NCBI GenBank assembly: GCA_051294905.1
Contig: CM119371.1
Coordinates: 8,186,001-8,250,000, forward strand
Direction of reading: 5' to 3'
Length of the DNA: 64,000 nt
From: Botryllus schlosseri
Lineage: Eukaryota
Made by a program: the position numbers and the translations under genes
Notes under the pieces: model-generated
Told to the model about the DNA's origin: nothing
Databases searched by the model: none
The model's input: only the letters and a program-made list of their open reading frames with translations
Part shown: piece by piece, positions 1-11,420 of the stretch
How positions within the stretch are numbered: position 1 is the stretch's first letter
How the letters are laid out: each line of letters starts with the position of its first letter

Positions 1-183
1 CACATTAAAATGGCTCATCTACTGATCGACAAGAGTGGGCTTCGTCGTAAAGGAACATCCGTAGTGGCTCGCTCGTTTCAGTTGCAACCAAACGACAGGC
101 GATTTTCCACACATCAGCGACATGTTCTTTCTCCATACTCGAACGGGTTACCACGCAGTCGACATTTGAAGTCAGACATTTAT

Positions 184-425
184 CTATCTCAGCACACGTT
201 TTATCCGCTCGATAGTATCATTGTCAAGATTGCAGAGATCAAAGCTGAAATCATCCCCCACGAACGTCTTGTTCGTGGAGTCCATGACGAAGCAAGATAT
301 GTCCAATAGCGTTTCAATGTTGGTAACTTTTGACAATCTCGCCGCCAGTCGAACAAGCACGTGCGGCACATGTGAAAGTGGTGTGGCAGCACGGTAATCA
401 ACTCCACCCGACCCAGTTGTGGAAT
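184..425 (-). CDS. Terminal exon of an AF9/ENL (MLLT3/MLLT1)-family protein; ANC1-homology (AHD) domain
   Basis: Translation ..HVLVRLAARLSKVTNIETLLDISCFVMDSTNKTFVGDDFSFDLCNLDNDTIERIKRVLR* parallels the AF9 C-terminus as recalled ([56 protein letters not shown]), notably FxFDLCxLDxxT. Acceptor taacAG at 427-426, phase 1. Confidence 0.72.
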
Positions 426-1288
426 CTGTTATTATCTCATAGTAAAAGTTTGCAGTTTATTTAGCTGATAAGTAGGGCAAGTTTTTGTTGCAGTTAAATC
501 CGTGGACAGTCGCATTTATTTTTGACAAAAGTTGCTGTAAGAAGTTGCGCTAGAAGACGACATTTTGCTCGGTTGACTACAAAAAAATGAAGAAGAAGGT
601 CAACTTCTCAGTTCCACTCCCGAAATACAGCTTTCTATCAGCATTCTCTATTGATTGACTAAAAAAAAGGTCAACCTTCCGGCTCAGCTCCCGAACTACC
701 CGTAAGAGCGTTACTTCAGTGCAGTCGAATTTGGCAGTACATTTTACCAAAATTAAAAATACGTTCATGAAAAATAGAAAAACATGCAAAACTTGCAAAA
801 ACTTGCTTTATTGATAAGATTTATAAATTATCAATTACAGAATTATTAATCTGATCATGACCCGAGTAATAAAAGTACAACGTACATTGTGCAAATGAGC
901 AGTTCATAATTACAGTGTCGGTTGGCTTAGCTATACAGTGTACATTTCTTTTCGAACTGATGATCAAATCCACCACCATTGTTGGATTCTATATTTCTAA
1001 TAATTTAAATCATTATTGATTCCAATTCATCGCTAATAAGAAATAAGTCCGGTAACGTTTGGTTCATAGTACTGCGTTAATAATGCCAGTGTCCAGTAAA
1101 GCGATAAACATACATTTACAAAGATTATAAGATTGGTTTATATCAATGATTCAACCTTGGCTCCGTAACGGGTGGAATCGGGGTGTGTACATAAGGCTCA
1201 AGCTCAGATGGTTGGTATAAAAACCCTGAATGTGATTAATACATTAAAAGTAGCAGATGGCTAATTAGTCGAGCGGCCGAGATGGATG

Positions 1289-1483
1289 CAATGTTCCCTG
1301 TAAGCTGCGCACTTGCGCAAATGCGCAGTGCTGACACGATCTATGTGCACAGAAAATCTACGCTGCGCACAAAAAATCCCAAGTGATATCCTTTTTATTT
1401 AGTTGTTGCGCACTGATGTTCAAGGGACTGCGCAGTGAGTTGGTGAGTGCGGGCATACTCGTGAAAAATTAACGGGAACATTG
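1289..1483. mobile_element. hAT-type MITE (CAATGTTCCC terminal inverted repeat family)
   Basis: caatgttccc...gggaacattg termini; near-perfect 8-bp TSD gatggatg/catggatg; related copies at 14290-14467, ~12976 and ~41783. Confidence 0.75.
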
Positions 1484-1663
1484 CATGGATGGCTCTGAAT
1501 TTCTATATATTCATTGTGACAAAGATATCGATATCACGTGTATGTAGCACCTTATGAATGTCGCGATATAATGGGGTACTAAATTCGAGATCTCCCTTAT
1601 GACTCGCGACCCGATCTCGTCACGAGTCACCACTGGCTTACTGATATGCTTTCGTATCTTTAC

Positions 1664-1776
1664 CTTTTTGTCGTTTCCCGCGATCAAGGCCGCTACCGTC
1701 ATCGTTGATGTTGCTACATGTTTCCTTCAATGCACGAAACTTCATCAACCGCGAAGAAGAGCGTTGTTGCAAGTCA
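1664..1776 (-). CDS. Probable internal exon of the AF9/ENL-like gene (low-complexity linker)
   Basis: ttttaatAG acceptor, open frame DLQQRSSSRLMKFRALKETCSNINDDGSGLDRGKRQK, G|GTAAAG donor; ends in phase 1, compatible with the 184-425 exon. Confidence 0.45.
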
Positions 1777-2318
1777 CTATTAAAACGCATGGTTACGAAA
1801 ATAAATAACTGAACTGTTCGTAAAACAATCACTACTTCTGTTATAAATCCAATTCATACTGGTGCATTTAGGCCTACATATCTTGGACCTCGGAGAATGA
1901 ATTACACGACCTAAAACGCTGAACGTAACCCTACACTACCAACCAGCACCAATCGAGACGGGCTCACCAATTGGCATTTGTTGATTTGTCACTCGACAAT
2001 AATTACTCGTGATCTAATGGGAGTCCCGCATCACATGTCAAATAATCACTTAGAATGTTATGAAATCAGCAACTTGCATGCTGAAATGCGTTTTGAGGCA
2101 GGGTATATAAGAAACACAATGTGATTAGATGATTTCCTCGGAATCTGTTAAAAGATTTTGTTGCATGATTGAGAGCCGATGTGTTGACGTGTTGTGAAAT
2201 TTTGGAATATACCTGACTCCAGATGATCGAGTCAGTAAATATTACAAAACTACTAAGGCGACAAATATTTTTTCATCGCAGGAATTGTGAAACTGGTCGA
2301 TAAAAATAGCAATCTCAC

Positions 2319-4961
2319 TATCGGAACGCCATTTCGCATCTCAGTGTGAGGTCTTGGTCGCATGAACTGCGAGAGCAACCAAAGTGAATTGAGTGCATAT
2401 TGAATGTATTATACGTAAGAGGTCAGCTATGTTAAAGGCTCTGAACCCTCCTTTTCTAAATCTCAAAATTTATTTAGGCTGGTAATGGCTCATTTACCAG
2501 TCCAATATAATATTTTTATTTTATAATGGTGTAAACACCATCACGGTTCTTCGGGATATGCACCGCTGAACGACTGAACGACGAATATTGGATTTCATAA
2601 TGCGTAGATTAATCAGAGAGAAAAGCGAACGTGGCGAAGTCTTTATTACAATACACTTTTCTAACCCACATTCTGTTTCTGCTCATCGGTGAGTAATGGA
2701 CTCCGTTGCATGGAAGTGACATTCCTAATTACATATTCTACTTACAAATATAGTCATCTAAATGCAGATTGTTCGGTAGCCTGCTCGCAACGCCGTTAAA
2801 ATGTAGGCTATAGTAGAGCAAAGTTATGTTACCGCCGAAGAATTTGAGAATTGAGTGGTAAATTTAACAGAATGATGTCGGACCCCGATGGTCTCCGCCG
2901 CTGCGGTTTTTATTTGTGGCTTGGAGCAACCAATTGAAGAGCGCGTCACTGTCAGTAGTGCCATTGAGATATGGCTACTCAGGCGCGTACTGCACGGATG
3001 CCGTGGATAGCGGTGGTATTAATTCGCACGTATACTGTTGTCCGCGGTTGTTTGTTTAGCTTTGAAATGTACAGTACATCTTGATCGCCTTCAGTTTCAG
3101 AAAATAACATAATTATGGCTCTAACGGAGGTAAAATTAGAAATAAACTCGGCTAAAGTGTCATATGCTCAACTGTAGGCTTACCATACGTCCTCTTTTAA
3201 GAGGATTTGTCCTCTTTTTTGACTTTTTTGAAAGTGTCCTCGGAGGACGCCCTTTTGTCCTCTTTTTTGAAAATTTAGGTCAGATATAGAGGAAATTGCG
3301 AGTGATATGCCGCAAATTAGCGCAGAAGTGAAGCTCCGGCGGGTATCTCGGAGGGAAAAGCGGTGATTTCAGGTCTGAGCGAAATGAAGACCTTTTTTTT
3401 TTTTTTTTAGTCATCCACCTAGCAATGTGGAGTGAAAAACGTGTTTTTGATCTCTGAGCGGAAGTGATGACCTTTTTTTTTTTTAGTCAACCGATCATGA
3501 AGTGGGAAAAATTTACCGGTTTTTGAGAATTCTTCTCCAGTTTTGCATGTCTGAAATTTCTGAAAAAGTGTCCTCTTTTTTCATTTCCGAAATATGGTAA
3601 GCCTACTCAACTGTCGTTTTTCACTGTGTCGCCTGCTCAAATGTAACGCAACCCGCTTAATAGGTGGGGGCGTTGTAACATCACTTCATTGTTCACATAG
3701 CAAATATGGTGCGCACGACGAATCCCATGTATGCCTTCGTTCCTCGGTGACGTCATGGATCTTCAATTGCGACGAAATTATTGCCATTGATGTATGGCTT
3801 ATTTGGAAATACAATTCGAAACTTCGGGTCAATATGGGTCTTTTGTTTAAAAATGTCCCCGATCCGTTATATAGTATCTGTATCAGATGTCTATCTTTCT
3901 GCTATATTGAATACAATAATTCTGAGTCGATCCTACAACATTGCGTAGCATTTCATGTTTCCTCACGTCTGCACATATAGTGAATTCAAACGTATAATAG
4001 CAATTTTCCCTAATGAAACGACATGGTTTATGAGACGCGTAATACGTACGTTGTATTTTCGAGTACAACCATTGGGAATGAGTACACTCTGTTTCCGCTA
4101 AGGGTCTATGGATCTACTGAGGCTTGAACCAAATAAATGGCCTGAAAAGTACAAAAGCAAGTGGATTGATCCGAGAGGTAGCAGACCTTCGTTTCTTAAT
4201 ATTGTCTGTGATGACCTTTCGAAGTGCAAGATAAATCAACGAGATAACCATCGAGGACTATTGACATGCGATGGCATGTTTTCTTACTTATATCAAGTTG
4301 ACGTTGTGTCGGGTTGTTTACATGTTTGATTGATATTCATATGGTCTTTAGCCAACATTGGCCTATATTACATTTTTATTCCGTAGTTAACGATTTGTAG
4401 CATTACCCACCTCTTTGGTTTTGTAAGACAGCGCTTTCACGACTCGCCTTGCGAGTAGCAGCGTGGATAAACCGTAGGAATTTTGAAGTCGAACTCGATA
4501 GGACTCGAACCCAGCATTGGTGTTGCAGCTGTGGATCATACCACTACGCTATCTCGCCACAATCGGGTGGATGTTATATGACAATTTCATTAGGAAATGA
4601 TGCAAATTAATACTAAACTGTTCGGAGTAAATCCTATTAAAAAAGAAATGAAAGTGATTGAAAAATACCAATAATATGAGCATTGAAGAGTCATCGTACT
4701 TCAAGAATACAAAGCCTAATCACGTACCCGCATAATCTATACATACGAAGTATAGCCTACAAAAGAGATCTTGCTCTATTTACGACCGTGTAAAATTGTC
4801 GGTTCCAGTCGAAAGTAGATTCTGTTTTGTAGATCCACTATGAAATGCTCATATAATTTCGAGACCATCTGATGTATGACTCACCCAATGTGAAGTGTCA
4901 TTTTGACGTAAAGAGGATGCAGTCCGATGTCGGCGAAGATTACGTCAAAACTTTTCTGCAT
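2319..4961 (-). CDS. Putative 5' exons of the AF9/ENL-like gene, with a degenerate YEATS-like domain (possibly pseudogenised)
   Basis: 4961-4885 reads MQKSFDVIFADIGLHPLYVKMTLHIG|GTGAGT (cf. AF9 VQVKLELG). ~3877-3730 reads ILTRSFELYFQISHTSMAIISSQLKIHDVTEER (cf. VRFDYDLFL..LTFNNPTED). Small phase-compatible exons lie at 2671-2724 and 2319-2366. I could not assemble a fully open path. Confidence 0.3.
3175..3605. mobile_element. hAT MITE (TAGG(C/G)TTACCATA family)
   Basis: TIRs taggcttaccata/tatggtaagccta; perfect TSD CTCAACTG; subterminal gtcctc repeats. Confidence 0.9.
4375..4560 (-). mobile_element. tRNA-derived SINE
   Basis: Minus strand ggcgagaTAGCGTAGTGGTA (A box) ... GGGTTCGAGTCC (B box); no complete cloverleaf; 3' end approximate. 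Confidence 0.55.
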
Positions 4962-4981
4962 ATTTCCTGTTGTGACACAGC

Positions 4982-5444
4982 CAGGGTTGTAATGACTCGA
5001 GTCGCGATTGTTGGTGACTCTTCTTGACTCGAGTCATATACTTAAAAATGAAAATGACTCGAATCGAGTCAATTTGTGTATTTACTCGACTTGTACTCGA
5101 GTCATTGCGCATGACACGGGCCAAGTCATATGACCCGAGACTGCGGGTCTACCAAGACAGGCATTTCATTGTAATTTCAAAAAATAGGGGTTATCACACT
5201 ATTATTGTTAATATTTCGTCTATCAGTTCCAGTACTTGAAAATATTACCAGAAACTGTGTAAAGTGAGGAAAATTAGTATAATATGAATGCGAAGCATTC
5301 GATATCACGGAACAGGGTTGCAAAAAGTAAGTTTCATATGATAATACCTCGGAATTGAAAAGTCAACACAATGACTTGGACGCGGACTTGACTCGAGACT
5401 AAACTATAAAAGAGCGATTGACTTGTAGCTTGGTTACAACCCTG
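4982..5444. mobile_element. hAT MITE with GACTCGAGTC subterminal repeats
   Basis: TIRs cagggttgtaa/ttacaaccctg; perfect TSD GACACAGC; fragments of the family at ~26550-26651, ~31800-31920, ~33980-34102, ~40430-40582. Confidence 0.9.
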
Positions 5445-6139
5445 GACACAGCCCCCCAGCATGACTTGCATCTTAATATCCAGCAGGCAAAATAGTTTCA
5501 ACATGTACTGAGTAGAGGAGCGCACAATGCGTAGTGCCGACTTATTCGTTAATTTACTTCGAACGTGATCACGTACTCGAATATTTCAAGCTGTGTTAAC
5601 GAACGCGGTGGTCATTTGGAAGGTTCATGTCGATATAATGTCTTATAACTTCCGCTTCAAAATGCCGATTCACAGATATCGCATCGTGGCATTTCCCCGA
5701 AATGATGCGTACCTATTTACAACTGTCGAATGTATTCCTTACCCGCAAGACGCCTCAGGCTGAAAGATTGCGACGATGCTGCTGTCAAATATCCTTTTCT
5801 GTGCCAATCCAGTAGCCTGAAATTACTTGATCATCGGTTACTTGATCACCGTTGCATGAATTTCGCCTCGAAGGCACGCTCGAGAACAGCGAGACATTTA
5901 GCCTCAACATAACGACACACCAGAAAGAGAATAGTTGTTCAGCAAATGTTTATTGTACGACACATTTCAAATCACATTCCATGAAAAAATCGCAACACGA
6001 TCCAATTTCATCACAAAACACGCGCTTCTTCGTCGGCGTAAAAGCTTCGATATTTTTGTCCTCATGCGTTCAGGTCATAAACCGTTTGTAAAAGTTCCCA
6101 GAGTTTTCTACAGTATCAACGTACATTTGCTGCTCACGA

Positions 6140-6375
6140 TTACTCGATTTCTTCGGATTTGTCTGGCGCCAAGGTCGGCTCATCCATCCTGGATTGGTTG
6201 AGCATGGTCGTTGTGTCGTCGACATGTCCTGACTGGTCATCATACCCCTGGATGGCTCTGGCGAGTAATATTCCGCCGATGACGCACACACAGCCAAACA
6301 CTGCGCATATCCATTGTACAGTTGTGTTGGAAGGCATTTTCCACCCCGCTTTCTTTCCATCGTCCTTGGGTACGT
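6140..6375 (-). CDS. Terminal exon with a hydrophobic (transmembrane-like) segment; probable last exon of the CRADD-like gene
   Basis: gttcAG acceptor, phase 1; VPKDDGKKAGWKMPSNTT-VQWICAVFGCVCVIGGILLA-RAIQGYDDQSGHVDDTTTMLNQSRMDEPTLAPDKSEEIE*. The phase matches the donor at 8504. Confidence 0.6.
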
Positions 6376-6677
6376 CTGAACATCAACATACACAGGTGAA
6401 AAGGGGCCAAGAACAAAATTTACATACTATTGAAGCACTGGTTCTAAACCTAGGGGTCACGATCCACCAGGTATCGTTTTCCTATGCTCTCAAAGTCGTC
6501 AATACGAAGACTATGCGAATTTCGATTACTAGAATGCCAATTACCGGGTTCCAAAATACAGAATATAATTTTCTAGGATTGTTAACCACGCAGCAACAAG
6601 GATACAGATCAGTCGAATAGTTATTTCAAAGTGCCAGCTAATGAAACGTAAGAGTGGTGTCTGGACATCACTATGAC

Positions 6678-7805
6678 CAGTAATTCCCGAACTGTGGTAT
6701 GCGTACCACTAGTGCAGTTGTTCCCAACCTGCGGTACGCGTACCACTAGTGGTGCGTGATATTATTCCAGATGGTACGCGAGTAGATTGTTGTTGTTTTT
6801 ATGACAGAAAGGAGGTATTATTTCGGGTTGGATTGATTGAGTTTTTGAAGACGTTATCGCCGTGGGTAGGGGCAATCACAGTAATGACGGAATACGGGAA
6901 AGAGATCTTGGTCGTAAAGCATTGGGATTCTTACCCAACCAAATTCCGTTTCAATATATTTGACCATAGAATTTCTAAATAGATCAACTACAGAAATCAT
7001 ATAGGTCTACTGCGCCTTGAAATAGGCAGTTTATATATATTTTTCGCTGCCTTCGACAGCTCAACACGCTGGAAACATTTTTACCGCCGTCGGGACGCGT
7101 AACTTCAGTGGGTGGAGAAAGGTTGTGAAATACTGCACTAGTGGTACGCGGGATGATGTCAAGGGTTGGGGGAGTAGCTTCAGCGATCCTATAAATTTCA
7201 GAATCGATTTCTAATTTGCTTCGTATTCCAATAACACCATGCACGCCTATTAAAGATAGATTGTACAAGGTCGGGTAGATTAGCTCCATTACTCCAGTAA
7301 CTGAGAATCTTTAACAATGAATAAATGACGATAACAATCTAATACATAAATAGCCTATTTCAGATTGCTCGTGGTTAAATTACGGCTGATGGTTGAAATT
7401 AATCGGGCGTGCAGCGATGGTCACCATTGTGCAACCGCGCGGAAAGGTCTGATCAATATACTTTCAAAAGCTCGCGAAGCGTATTTTACAACAACTTCAA
7501 GGACCTTCCAAACAAATAGAAAAATCTCTTGGCGCTTCGACGCGATTTGCCGTAGCTAAAATTTTCAATAATCAAGCACTGTTGCAACTTCATAATATTT
7601 CATCAAATAAGCGCACCAAAGATTGCCTTCGCAACAATCCATTTGTGCTAAACTGATCTTGATATTATCTACTTTTAATCAAGCCAAAACATTGGCTTTC
7701 GGCGCTTTGAGCAAGTAACCTCCGTTTCGGTCGATGTAACGACGTGGTTCGCGTGGTTAGTAAAACAGTTGAAATGGTACGCCGATAGAAGTTTCTGAAG
7801 CACTT
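6678..7805. mobile_element. Decayed hAT MITE (GTACCACTAGTGGTAC family), host of a same-family copy
   Basis: Starts cagtaattcccgaactgtggtatgcgtaccactagtg, ends tggtacgccgatagaagtttctgaagcactt; TSD actatgac/aatattac (6/8). Confidence 0.55.
6715..7135. mobile_element. hAT MITE nested in a copy of its own family
   Basis: cagttgttcccaacct...aggttgtgaaatactg; perfect TSD CACTAGTG. Confidence 0.85.
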
Positions 7806-8504
7806 AATATTACGATTAGAGTCTCGGGTGCATGAAGTCGTAGGAGGGAACTTCTCCTTGGAAAAAGAGTTGAAGCAGTATTACCGTCCAAATGTATATT
7901 CAAGGGCAACATATATGAACCCTCCTATATGCAAGTTGTAGCCTAAATCTAAACGTCATATTTTGCCAACGTATGAGGTAATATTTATTCTAATTTGCTA
8001 AGGTGGTGACGAAACATTCTTCTATGAGTTGCTGTAGCTTATATTAAGGTACACAGCAAGACGAGTTGGAACATCCATGAGTTTGAGCGAATGTCTGAGG
8101 GCTCCGGGTCGTGATCCTTGGACCCAACCGGAGAGGACCGATGATACGTTCGCGCAACAAATTTTGAACGTTCATAAATATCTGAGAAAGCGGGTATTCA
8201 TGAATATATCCGCAGTAGGTGGAGCTTGAAGCAAAGTGTTGGGCCAGCAAAAGATCTGCTGTTATAGGCTGAACATTTGGGGGACAGAGATCATTTTGTA
8301 ATTTTTGATCCATCCGTACCACATCTCCCTTACTTGCCTGACAATCGCTACTAAGTACGATATAACTTCTACAGGATATTACTTTTACCCCAGCTCGAGT
8401 CACAGCGATACCTACATTGACAACCTCAGAGGAGGTCAACGTACTAAGGAAATGCTACGTTAACTACAGCAAGGTCGTGTATAAAAGGGATAATAACCAC
8501 TTAC

Positions 8505-8886
8505 AACAATCAGCAGAAGAGGTCTTGCCAACTCCCTCGGTAGCCTCAGCACTACCCGGCAGCACGCCGAGGATACGTTCATACTTGGTTCTGGTCTCAT
8601 CCAATTGAGCGCGATACAATGCGAAGGGCTCACAACAATCAGCAGAAGAGATCTTGCCAACTCCCTCGGTAGCCTCAGCACCAACCGGCAGCACGCCGAG
8701 GATACGTTCATACTTGGTTCTGGTCTCGTCCAATTGAGCGCGATACAATGCGAAGGGCTCACAACAATCAGCAGAAGAGATCTTGCCAACTCCCTCGGTA
8801 GCCTCAGCACCACCCGGCAGCACGCCGAGGATACGTTCATACTTGGTTCTCGTCTCATCCAATTGTGCACCATACAATGCGAAGGG
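8505..8886 (-). CDS. Exon made of three 129-bp (43-aa) tandem units, in the CRADD-like gene
   Basis: ttttctgttgcacAG acceptor and T|GTAAGT donor; (PFALYRAQLDETRTKYERILGVLPxGAEATEGVGKISSADCCE)x3. Several inter-copy differences are synonymous in this frame (GCA/GCT, GAT/GAC, ACG/ACC) but not in the alternative open frame. Confidence 0.65.
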
Positions 8887-9116
8887 CTGTGCAACAGAAA
8901 AAGCTATCGAAGATATCAAACTTAGGTACAACTTGTTACTAAAGGTCAGCTAAGTATGTTTAAGTTTGTCAGGCCCGCATTTATGCTGCGCAGGCCGAAG
9001 AAATATTGGAGCACATTTTCAAAAAGTTCTTTCACATAATACATATTTGTCGTAATGTACTTTCCCCGTCAAGTGCTTCATACAATCGTAAAGCCAGATT
9101 ATTTCACCTAACGTTA

Positions 9117-9216
9117 AAAAAATTTCACCACGTGGGGTATTTCTTCCAGTCGGGAGCCACTGAACTTAAAAATTTCACCACGTTGGGTATTTCTTCCAGT
9201 TGAGAGCCACTGAACT
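9117..9216. repeat. 50-bp direct tandem duplication (intronic)
   Basis: aaaatttcaccacgt(g/t)gggtatttcttccagt..gagccactgaact occurs twice, 50 bp apart. Confidence 0.9.
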
Positions 9217-9406
9217 AACGATGACTCTACACAGATAGGCATAATTGACGAAAATATATCAAGACACGTTCATTCAAGGGATACCTATAAAATATATCAG
9301 GATACCTTGCACCAGCCATGACAATTTATCTCTTGAAAGTGACGCAATCATAAACCACTGACCTAGTTTCTACATAAGATGGAAGTGTGAAAGTACATAA
9401 TTTGAC

Positions 9407-9816
9407 CAAATGAAGACCAAGAATGGAAGGGAGTAGTTTCAAAACTCCATTTCCCAAACGCTACTACAACATCAAAAGATTCATGAACATCACGACATGT
9501 CTTTAAATATCTGGGCGGGCAGTTACGGCTTAGATGCAACATCGTCTCGTGAATAAAGGACACATTCCCATATCGTATAGCATAGCAGCATGTTTCCGAT
9601 TTGACCCATTACAAACGTCGCAATTCCATGTGCTACAGGGCAGCAGTACGTTTCATATTTCGGCGATCGAATGATGCAATCAATATGGCGGAAGAAGGCA
9701 AATTTCTACAAATTCCGCGAGGTCACAGTTCCGTCGTGTTGCAGCGAACACAGAAGACACGGTGCCCAAGTCCCAATGATCAGAGCACAAGTAACTATGA
9801 GAACGAGAATTTCTAT
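9407..9816 (-). CDS. CRADD: Death-domain exons of a CRADD/RAIDD-like adaptor
   Basis: 9510-9407 reads YLKTCRDVHESFDVVVAFGKWSFETTPFHSWSSF, against the RAIDD death domain as recalled, [37 protein letters not shown] (shared C..H, VVxAFxxW, (S/T)(W/F)xS(F/L)). Upstream candidate exons 9816-9710 and 9632-9613 are phase-compatible; exact junctions are uncertain. Confidence 0.5.
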
Positions 9817-9970
9817 CTAAGACAGGTAGAGACTACTCTGATGTGGAAGGGTAAAGTAGAGGTGATTCGTTACTGACCCTCGCTGGTGCTTATGAATTTA
9901 ACGGTCTAAGGTGATCGAAGTGAATAATAGCGACCGAAGATAAAAACGAGACTGCTGAAGCAAGACATAC

Positions 9971-10370
9971 CATTGGGTGCCGGCACGACTCGGTCAATAC
10001 TGTGCGACTTCGAAGGTTTTTCTTCGCAATCCCTACTAAAATCCGAGGTTTCCCATCCCGATCCATCTTCAATCTTTTCTGAAGAAAATGTTGAAGGTTT
10101 CAGCGGAAGTAGCCTATTTGATAGTCCTAGTGTAGGGGAAAATCATGGAAGACTGTCGTTTGTGCATAGAACACCTCGCATCAAATGCGATTCTTCCGGG
10201 CAATTAATATTGTCAACATCGACTGTTGAAAACAGGTTTGCGGACCCACTGAACTCCTTACAATAACCATGTTTTACCATCTACAGCTTTGTCAGAGAAG
10301 TCCATGTCGGGCGAACTGCAGCCGTGATCACTCCCAAATCCTGCGTCGATTTCATCAAACGATATTTCCA
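9971..10370 (-). CDS. Three acidic/Ser-rich linker exons (10370-10278, 10222-10175, 10078-9971) of the CRADD-like gene
   Basis: All have GT-AG boundaries, are phase 1-1, and have lengths 93/48/108 nt: VEISFDEIDAGFGSDHGCSSPDMDFSDKAVD / VDVDNINCPEESHLMR / EKIEDGSGWETSDFSRDCEEKPSKSHSIDRVVPAPN. Confidence 0.55.
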
Positions 10371-10569
10371 CTGAAAACATTAAGGACACATTTTAGAAAT
10401 TGTCGATAATGAGGGCACCGGGTCCGATATTCGTGAATGAACAGTTGCACAGTTGAACACGTTATGCAACGAATGGTGTTGGCCTGCGTAGCAGTACAGG
10501 ATTACCCGTCCTTGAACTCCGAAATCGGTATTGTTAGGACACGTCATCTGTCTGATCATTAGTATAGAT

Positions 10570-11281
10570 CAGTGGTCGGGAACCTATGGCTCGCGAGCCA
10601 TATATGGCTCTGTTGGGTATAAGATATGGCTCTTTTAGAAATGTTCAATTTTTTAGGTAATTTATCAATATTGCAGCAACTTTATGGTAAATTTTCCTGT
10701 CATTTTTAGCATCGCCGTAAAAATGTCAGTTCGTAACGTTACGTTACGCCGAATATATTAGCAGTCGATTAACACTTGATTTTCAGAATCAGCGCGGCAA
10801 ATATATTTGATTAATACCAGTATTTATAATTTCCAAGCTATTTCCGATAAGTTGCGCTGTCATAGGCGAGGCTTGCCCAGGCTGTTTCTCATCTGAGTCT
10901 TACCTCTCCTTTCGCGATTTTAAAACAAATATGAAGATTCCGTGATTTTGGGAATTGAAATGTTTAGAATCTAGTCATTCATAAACATCGATAGCAGATG
11001 CCAATAACCATTGAAGAGTTCACAATATCCCTGACTACGTCTGAGGTGCTTCCTCACTATCACTTGCCTTCCCTAACCCTACGTCACTGACGTATCACAC
11101 GGTGGGCATGTACTGCTGTTGTGACCATGCTTGGCTCCACCTACGCATGTGGCAGAAAAACGTGGCAAACACTACGTCCCCCATATATAAGTGCTTCCAA
11201 TACGTCACAGATGCTCCATTGTGACGTAACAGGTGATTCACATGCATAACTCTTTCCGTCGAAAAAGGTTCCCGACCACTG
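10570..11281. mobile_element. hAT (Charlie-like) MITE, CAGTGGTCGGGAACC family
   Basis: TIRs cagtggtcgggaacct/aggttcccgaccactg; TSD gtatagat/ctatagat; sister copy at 44052-45468. Confidence 0.9.
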
Positions 11282-11420
11282 CTATAGATAATCGACTTCA
11301 AATTCATCGAAGTAAGAAGGGAATAAGTCAAGATCAGATGTGGAAGATTTGAATTATCGGTACATAACACGTTGCGCAGTATAACAATTAGGCTAATAGT
11401 CGTTTAAACACGCTAGAAAC

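Noticed and set aside
2746..2809. Candidate AF9-like exon with a strong GTAAGT donor
   Set aside because: It would need a 21-nt intron and creates a TGA at the junction, or a frameshift with the 2366 exon.
8460..8925. 129-bp repeats as a CRISPR array, or the alternative ORFs 8460-8894(-) and 8605-8925(+)
   Set aside because: Units are contiguous with no unique spacers and no cas genes; substitutions are synonymous mainly in the PFALY frame, which also has splice sites.
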